Shown here in pieces: positions 57,744 to 64,000 of a stretch of 64,000 nucleotides of DNA (position 1 is its first letter; each line of letters opens with the position of its first letter). Both the position numbers and the translations under genes were made by a program. The notes beneath the pieces were generated by a model, which worked only from the letters and a program-made list of their open reading frames with translations, made no database searches and was not told the DNA's origin. Origin of the DNA: Patescibacteria group bacterium (lineage in GTDB: Bacteria > Patescibacteriota > Microgenomatia > Levybacterales > UBA12049); the NCBI GenBank assembly GCA_038064195.1, contig JBBTTO010000002.1:141356-205355 (forward strand). Direction: 5' to 3'.

Positions 57744-58379
57744 ATGATGAAGCCTTGTAGAAATTGTGGCGCTGAGCTTATCATTCGACAAACAAAGCGA
57801 AGTCCTGAACAACTCAAAAAGCAATATTATTACACTGCTTATTATTTCTGTCCAAAGTGCGGAAGAATGTATTTTAGCGACACGTATAAAGTAATAAATA
57901 ACAACTACGATCTCTTTACGGGGGGGAATAATGTGACAACTGGAATATATGACGTTGAAATATGGACAGACGGAGCCTCAAGTAATAATGGTAAACCACA
58001 TGCAAAAGCTGCCTGGGCTTTTGTGGCATCGACCAAAGGCCGATCGTCCTCTGGGCGAGGCGATTATGAAGAAGCAGGGATCGTTGATGGTAAACAAACA
58101 AATAATCGCGGTGAAGCCTGGGCTATTTATCATGCTTTGAAATGGGCTGCTACCAAAGGGCATAAGCGTGTTCGGATTCATACAGACAGTCAAATTACGA
58201 TCCATGGAGTGACTAAGCCACCAGAAAAGGTTAAAGAAAATCGGGATATTTTCCAGCAAATCCATGCGGTTGTCAGCCAAAATCAGCTACAGGTTGATTA
58301 TCAAAAAGTACTTGGTCATTCGGGTGATCACAATAACGAACGGGCTGATCAACTCGCCGTCAGGTTAACCCTACAATAG
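57744..58379 (+). CDS. rnhA: RNase HI with N-terminal Zn ribbon
   Basis: WTDGA..NNG, TNNRGE, TDS, KV.GHSG...NE.AD; CxxC...CxxC at N-terminus. Confidence 0.88.
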   Translation: MMKPCRNCGAELIIRQTKRSPEQLKKQYYYTAYYFCPKCGRMYFSDTYKVINNNYDLFTGGNNVTTGIYDVEIWTDGASSNNGKPHAKAAWAFVASTKGRSSSGRGDYEEAGIVDGKQTNNRGEAWAIYHALKWAATKGHKRVRIHTDSQITIHGVTKPPEKVKENRDIFQQIHAVVSQNQLQVDYQKVLGHSGDHNNERADQLAVRLTLQ

Positions 58380-58396
58380 AGTGCTATACTCTGGTT

Positions 58397-59728
58397 GTGA
58401 AAGAAGTATACCCACTCCCAATCCCCAGTCAGATTGATGCAGGAGAACAACAGAGGTTTTCTAGAAGAGCATTTGTTGGAGGTGGAGCGGGGTTAGTTCT
58501 TGCTGGTGGTGGTGTACTTGGAGGATTGGGAGCTAGAGAGTACCTATTTCAACCAGAAGATTATCATGCCGTTGATGCATATTTACAAGCAAGAGGATTT
58601 CCCAAAACCTCAATTGGAAGAGAGAGGTTTAATGAACTTGTTCCTAACTACTACAACACCCTTTTATCAACCGGAGAACATAACCTTGATATAAATATAG
58701 TTAACGAGCCAGATGTCCTAGCTGAAGTCTCATTTAATCTTCCCAAAGATGAATTAGTATACGTAACAATTAAAACTAATCCACAGGGGAACTTACAGGT
58801 AGTTGAAGCTCAACATAATGGGCAAGAATCCGAGATAGGTATTCTAGAGACTGGTATCAATAGTCAGGGGAAATTCTCACTTGGAGAGATATCTGGAGAA
58901 CAGTATCTTCGCCTCATGCGAACAAGCGCAGGTAAGGATGTAAAGATCGATTCAATCACTGTTCATGCCCTTCAAGGAGATCCTTTATTCAAGACCATTA
59001 TGCGATGTTCTCCTACGATGGGTATGCGACTGGATAATTACCAGCGTTTCCTCAGGGCCTTAACGGATGAAGAACAGGCCGAGGCTTTGACTAACGATAT
59101 GTTACTTGCTTTACCGGTTGAGATACGGGAAAACGATAAAGAACAACTTGCTCTTATTTACTGGGGACTTTATTCAGCCGAGGATGGCGGCTGGGGGAAA
59201 GACCCTGAGAAAATGTATCACCGAACAAAGGGCCATCGTTTATTTGATTCCGATATAGCTCAGATTGTCATCACGGATTTACGAAGTAATATTTTTGAAA
59301 CAGCTCATCAAGAAGACAATCAGAGTGGCAAGCATCAAATGAAAGTAGACTTTACCTCACCTGAGGCTGTTGCTCCATTTGACCTAGTACTTCATTCAGT
59401 TCCTAATCATGGTATGGTTGGCGTAGATCTGGAAGTAGTACCTAATGATCCTGCACTTATTGCACTTGGTTTTGAAAGTTATATCGGTCAACCTATTTCC
59501 AAAGTTATGCGACCAACTCCTATTATTGATCTTTTGATGCCGGAGGGAGCTGTTGCTGATATGTATTGGGGGGCAAGAGTAAATGCGTTGAAGGAAAATA
59601 TCCGGGAAGCTAATAGAGCTCTAGCACTAACAAGACAGATGCGTAACGTAGCAGGTGAAAGGCAGATGGAAGTTAGACTCGAGTTTCTTAATGAAAAATT
59701 ACAAGAAGAATATCGATTAGCTGCATAA
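58397..59728 (+). CDS. Hypothetical protein with SRRxF + hydrophobic anchor
   Basis: 443-aa ORF. Confidence 0.65.
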   Translation: MKEVYPLPIPSQIDAGEQQRFSRRAFVGGGAGLVLAGGGVLGGLGAREYLFQPEDYHAVDAYLQARGFPKTSIGRERFNELVPNYYNTLLSTGEHNLDINIVNEPDVLAEVSFNLPKDELVYVTIKTNPQGNLQVVEAQHNGQESEIGILETGINSQGKFSLGEISGEQYLRLMRTSAGKDVKIDSITVHALQGDPLFKTIMRCSPTMGMRLDNYQRFLRALTDEEQAEALTNDMLLALPVEIRENDKEQLALIYWGLYSAEDGGWGKDPEKMYHRTKGHRLFDSDIAQIVITDLRSNIFETAHQEDNQSGKHQMKVDFTSPEAVAPFDLVLHSVPNHGMVGVDLEVVPNDPALIALGFESYIGQPISKVMRPTPIIDLLMPEGAVADMYWGARVNALKENIREANRALALTRQMRNVAGERQMEVRLEFLNEKLQEEYRLAA

Positions 59729-59811
59729 ATAACAATACAGATACTAAACAAGAGGTAAGCCGTATTTTTGGTAGAGTAGTTGCGGCTTATTAGATTAGGT
59801 ATACTATATGT

Positions 59812-60375
59812 ATGCTTTACGTTGGAGTTTTGATTTTGGTTACAATTTTCCTCCTTCTTTTTCTTCTCTCTATGGTCTGGCCTCCTGATAGTCCCTGGTC
59901 ACCATGGTGGAGAACAAATGGTAAAGTCGCACGTGCTATTGTGGATCTCGCAAAGATTACAAAAAAGGATGTAATCTACGATTTGGGCTGTGGTGACGGG
60001 ACAGCGCTCATAACTGCTGCCAAACTCAAAGAGGCTCACGGAGTCGGCATAGAAATTGATCCATCCCGTTCACTGATAGCTAAGCTACGTGTTTTGGCTC
60101 ATGGATTGAGTTCAAAAATTACGATTAAAAGGAGGGATTTATTTAAAGAAGACATTTCAGAAGCAACAGTAATTATCGTATATCTCATCCCCAAAGCCCT
60201 TAATCAACTTGAAGCCAAATTTAAAAAAGAATTGAGACCCGGAACACGAATAGTGAGTTATGTCTATCCGATTACTTATCTTCCTCAGAAAGCATCTGAC
60301 GCAAAACATCAGCTCATGCTCTATGAAATCCCTTTCTCGTCTAAAATTAGCAGCGGAAAAAAGAGACAGAGTTAA
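59812..60375 (+). CDS. Membrane-anchored SAM methyltransferase (FAM173/DOT1-like)
   Basis: YDLGCGDG, GIEID, VYL, L.PG.RIVS. Confidence 0.85.
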   Translation: MLYVGVLILVTIFLLLFLLSMVWPPDSPWSPWWRTNGKVARAIVDLAKITKKDVIYDLGCGDGTALITAAKLKEAHGVGIEIDPSRSLIAKLRVLAHGLSSKITIKRRDLFKEDISEATVIIVYLIPKALNQLEAKFKKELRPGTRIVSYVYPITYLPQKASDAKHQLMLYEIPFSSKISSGKKRQS

Positions 60376-61720
60376 CTATCCCTTCAGAATGGAAGAGAAA
60401 ACGCTTACTTAGAGAACAATACTTTTGCAGTAAGGGTTTATCAACTGCATCGGTTAAACTATCTTCCTGTACCTGTGCTTCAGGATACCACGCACCTGTA
60501 GTTATAACGAGTGCATGCGTATTGATAGCGTCCTGTGTTAATTTGTCCGCTCGTAAATATCCTTTGCGAAAAATATTATCATTAGTATCAACGAGGTTAT
60601 TGAGAAGCGGTGTTTTGCTCAAATAGGACAGAGCCGGAGTAATACCATTAACACCATAAAGATATGCTGGTTTTTCAGCCTTAATAGTTTTGAGCATATT
60701 TTCTATAGGGAGGCGCTGGAGGTTAGCATAGCCTGAAAAATACGTTAAGAGATTATAGATAATAAAAACAAGTCCTATGGTCGGGAACAAAAACCGGTTG
60801 AGAGAAACGTGTTTCTTGAGTTCATCTATAAGAGGTAATGACGACAGACAAAGAAACGGCAGGGTAACATTGAAATAAAGATAATAGACATCTTTATACA
60901 CCAGGAAAAACAATATACTCAGCAATGAAAAAACGCTCAGAAAACGTTGTTTTCTAAAGAGGAAGAGACTGCTGATAAGAAGCAGGACAAAGATAAAGTC
61001 ATGGTTTAGTATGAACCAGAAAATCTCATTTTTCTGTATTCCCTGCGAACGAGTCAAGGAGTACATAAAAACATCACGCCACAATCCTTGTCGTGCAAAA
61101 AGGAGAGACGGAAGAAGGATTAGTCCGCCAGCGCTTACTCCTCCATAAATAAAGGTTAAAAGTTGTTTTTTGTTTTGCAGGAAAAGAACGACTAGATAGG
61201 TAATCAGCAGGGGTAGGGTGTAAGCTTTCGTGAGTAGTGCTAGGGCCACACAGATTCCGACAAGAAAGTATCTCTTTTTTTGAAACAAAATATAGCTTGA
61301 GAGACTGAAGAGGGCCGCCAGGAAGACCCCCGTCTGGTGATCAGATGTCGAGAGAATCATAAATGAAAAAAGGTAGAGTGCGCTGGTGAGTGTCGCAGAA
61401 AGACGTGAAGATGTCTGGTAATGGGTAAACCAATATAATACTCCTCCGGTCAATATAACCTCAAGAGTAGCCGTAAAGTAATAAAAGAGGAGGTTACCTC
61501 CGGAAACAATATAATAGAAGGCAGCTGCATAGGGGATGAGCGGGAAATTAGTAAAGAAAATATCTTTATATAGTATTTTCCCTAAGAGAAGTTCTTTGGC
61601 TGTATAAAAATAAATGTTGGTATCTGACGCGCGAATTCCTAAAGAATGGAGTTTAATAGCAGTAAAAAGTATTGCTAAGACAAAAAATGGGTACCAAACG
61701 TACAGAAATGATTTCCTCAT
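60347..61720 (-). CDS. GT-C fold membrane glycosyltransferase
   Basis: D..IY.Y.A...L.G..LY.D.F...FP, multi-TM. Confidence 0.7.
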   Translation of the reverse strand: MRKSFLYVWYPFFVLAILFTAIKLHSLGIRASDTNIYFYTAKELLLGKILYKDIFFTNFPLIPYAAAFYYIVSGGNLLFYYFTATLEVILTGGVLYWFTHYQTSSRLSATLTSALYLFSFMILSTSDHQTGVFLAALFSLSSYILFQKKRYFLVGICVALALLTKAYTLPLLITYLVVLFLQNKKQLLTFIYGGVSAGGLILLPSLLFARQGLWRDVFMYSLTRSQGIQKNEIFWFILNHDFIFVLLLISSLFLFRKQRFLSVFSLLSILFFLVYKDVYYLYFNVTLPFLCLSSLPLIDELKKHVSLNRFLFPTIGLVFIIYNLLTYFSGYANLQRLPIENMLKTIKAEKPAYLYGVNGITPALSYLSKTPLLNNLVDTNDNIFRKGYLRADKLTQDAINTHALVITTGAWYPEAQVQEDSLTDAVDKPLLQKYCSLSKRFLFHSEGIVNSVSFFRC

Positions 61721-63327
61721 GGTGTTTTTTTCAATTGCTTAAGAAGGTCCAAAAATTGAGGGTTATATGTACCAAGCTGTTTGAGACCTGTCTCAACAAA
61801 ACCTATTCCTTGCTGGTTTTGTGTGATTTTATACATGGAAAAGAGTTTGATATAGGCGAGGTAAAAGGCAGGATCAATTTTTAGCGCGGCTTTATATTCT
61901 GCCTCAGCGCTCATGGTGTCGTTGAGTGCAAAATAGGAATTACCTAAATTATAATGAGACTCGGCATACGTATCCTGAAGTTTAATCGCTTTTTTGTAAT
62001 TTGCTATGGCATTTTTATTGTCGCCATTTTCGGCGTATACCATAGCCAGATTGTTGTATGCTCGTGGACTCTGAACATGAGAGAGAGTTTGGTTGTAGAA
62101 AGTAATAGGATCATGCCATTCCCCGTTGCGTGCAATCGTTCGCAGGGAGAGTAAAAGAATAATAATGACTAATAAAAAATCCAAGCAGAAGATAAGTTTT
62201 TGGGGAGATTTACGATATAACCATAACCATATAAAAGAAAATAGCAGAAAGAAGCCAACCGATGGGAAATAAAGAAAGTGTTCATAGAAGATACCGTTAA
62301 TCGGGATAATTCCGCTCGTTGGAATAAAAGTAATTCCGATCCAGAGAAAACTAAAGAGAATTACCGGAGATGTTTTTCTTTTTAATACTCCCAGGGCAAC
62401 TCCGGTCATGAGCCCCAAAACGCTCAGGACAGATGAGAATGTCGGAGAGGTAATTATTTGTACTTCCTCGTCGCGTTCCATAAATAAATTCTTCGGGAAG
62501 CCCAAAAGCCCTATATAGGTCGGGAGGAGGTTGAAAAAAGTAGATAATCTCACAAAGAGGCTACTCGAGTAGGCAGTTGTTGTTTTGTAGAAGTTGAGGG
62601 TATTGTCAAAATTAAGAACTGTTAACCGTAATAAAAAATACCCGCCGGCTAATAATGCATAGGGAAGAGTGCGGATAATACTTTTTTTGATAGCATTTCC
62701 TGATAGTTTTTCTTGTGAGAAAAGAATAACGAGGAAAATAAGCCCCGGTGTCATGAGCGCAATTTCTTTTGAAAGGAGTGCCAGAATAAAACACACGAGA
62801 GAAAGAATCGTTATTTTCATTTTTTTTGTCATTGATGCATAGAGACTGAGGACGATGAATAAGAATGATAATGGGTCTCCCCTTCCGGATATATAGGCCA
62901 CGGCTTCTGTCTGGACGGGGTGAATAAGAAAAAGAAGCGCTGTTAAAAACGAGAGGGATTTATTCTTAAATAATTTTAAGAGGAGTAAGAAAAGTACTAT
63001 CCCGCCTGCTGTGTGGATAATAAAACTATCAAAATGATAGATAAAACCATTGTCTTTTAAAAGCTGGTATTCGATGCTGAATCCCGAAAATAAAACCGGA
63101 CGATAATAATTACTCAATTTGCCGCCACCTGACACAAGACTTTTCCCGAAAAGATTATTGATATCGAAAGATTTTACCGCCTGGTTATTATAGATAAAGT
63201 GCTCATCGTCAAAGAAAAGACCGTTCCAAAACGTATTGCTATAACAAAAAAGTGTTATAAGGAAGAGTAATGAGGCTAAGTAGAAGTTGTTTAGCCGCGT
63301 GAGGTGGTTTAGCAGAGATTTAGACAT
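61717..63327 (-). CDS. TMTC-like protein O-mannosyltransferase with TPRs
   Basis: FDD..I..N, YYRP, HPVQTEAV.YISGR, SKE, EH.LY.PS.G, TPRs. Confidence 0.85.
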   Translation of the reverse strand: MSKSLLNHLTRLNNFYLASLLFLITLFCYSNTFWNGLFFDDEHFIYNNQAVKSFDINNLFGKSLVSGGGKLSNYYRPVLFSGFSIEYQLLKDNGFIYHFDSFIIHTAGGIVLFLLLLKLFKNKSLSFLTALLFLIHPVQTEAVAYISGRGDPLSFLFIVLSLYASMTKKMKITILSLVCFILALLSKEIALMTPGLIFLVILFSQEKLSGNAIKKSIIRTLPYALLAGGYFLLRLTVLNFDNTLNFYKTTTAYSSSLFVRLSTFFNLLPTYIGLLGFPKNLFMERDEEVQIITSPTFSSVLSVLGLMTGVALGVLKRKTSPVILFSFLWIGITFIPTSGIIPINGIFYEHFLYFPSVGFFLLFSFIWLWLYRKSPQKLIFCLDFLLVIIILLLSLRTIARNGEWHDPITFYNQTLSHVQSPRAYNNLAMVYAENGDNKNAIANYKKAIKLQDTYAESHYNLGNSYFALNDTMSAEAEYKAALKIDPAFYLAYIKLFSMYKITQNQQGIGFVETGLKQLGTYNPQFLDLLKQLKKTP

Positions 63328-63345
63328 AGGGAAATTAAATCAATT

Positions 63346-63999
63346 TTATTTGATTTTGAGGTACAACCACCTGAGCTTATCCAGGGCCTTGTATATAAAA
63401 TATGCAGCCGGATTGATAACCAGGTCATAGCTTCCGATAAATTCCAGATGTTCCGGTCGAAAACCCTGCTTGAATCTATGAAATCCATACCAGCTGTCGT
63501 GTTCGTCAGGTTCCGGGCCTAATGCCCCCCACATATCGAATTTTTTGAGCCCTATTTTTTTACCGAATTTAATAACCTCCCACATCATCAGCGTTGAAGA
63601 CATAGTCTCTCTATGTTCATTACTTGAAGCCCCGTATGGGTAATAAAGAGTATCGTGAAAAACAAAAACGATCCATGTAGTGAGGATTTTCATGTTGTAA
63701 CTTGCGACAAGCAGATGTGAGGATAGCTTATTAAATGGAGGAGTAGCGGTATGCGGCAAGCTCCCCCATTGCTCCCGGTGATAAAGCGGGCTATGTGCAT
63801 AAAATCTTTGACGTTTGGTTGTTTCCTCGGAAAGCTTGAGGTATGTTTCAAATGCATCTGGGGTATCTTTTTCAGAGATGGAGACACTATGTTTTTGGGC
63901 TACTTTAATATTGTAACGAGTCTTGGGATGGAGGTTTTTAAGGAGCTCATCTTCTGATTTAGTCAGATCCAGAACAAAAGTATATTTTGTAAAAAGCGG
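63346..63999 (-). CDS. FemAB/FemX-family peptidoglycan aminoacyltransferase, 5' end off window
   Basis: Frame is continuous to the window end: LDL..SE.ELL.....KTRYNI..A; YGAS, MW, FD.WG, GF.RFK.GF. Confidence 0.88.
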   Translation of the reverse strand, partial: PLFTKYTFVLDLTKSEDELLKNLHPKTRYNIKVAQKHSVSISEKDTPDAFETYLKLSEETTKRQRFYAHSPLYHREQWGSLPHTATPPFNKLSSHLLVASYNMKILTTWIVFVFHDTLYYPYGASSNEHRETMSSTLMMWEVIKFGKKIGLKKFDMWGALGPEPDEHDSWYGFHRFKQGFRPEHLEFIGSYDLVINPAAYFIYKALDKLRWLYLKIK

Positions 64000-64000
64000 A

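Noticed and set aside
63346-64000. Apparent frameshift or split of the FemAB gene (63346-63759 and 63690-63887)
   Set aside because: Manual translation shows one continuous frame from 63999 to 63346; the second ORF is an off-frame shadow.

Overview
The window looks like a Patescibacteria/CPR (Microgenomates-like) chromosome. This is an inference from gene content, Pro/Thr-repeat surface proteins, CPR-type intergenic palindromes and many apparently leaderless genes. Housekeeping content: tmRNA+smpB, pentose-phosphate genes, two class A PBPs, gap, nrdR plus a class II (B12) ribonucleotide reductase, a cobalamin uptake/adenosylation cluster with two compact cobalamin riboswitches, a VirD4/HerA-like ATPase, a Xer recombinase, murI, guaB/add/guaA, dnaG-rpoD, clpB, rnhA and GT-C glycosyltransferases. 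The most striking unexplained structure lies downstream of tRNA-Asn (about 42.7-48.9 kb). There, unrelated cargo genes are separated by five homologous ~100-190 bp units plus one bare core copy. Each unit ends in a degenerate copy of the tRNA 3' end (GGGGAGC[C]A) and encodes on the minus strand the same peptide remnant ([WLM]LP...F.AI.K.FE...YIGELRQRW.EIK.L). No integrase body is present, so it resembles a polarized, integron-like cassette array at a tRNA. Also notable: a promoter-terminator unit encoding a long hairpin plus a degenerate fMet-like tRNA, a tRNA-Ile(UAU), a 34-aa tmRNA tag, and a B12-riboswitch-preceded orphan protein. All calls are from reading the sequence; no searches were run.
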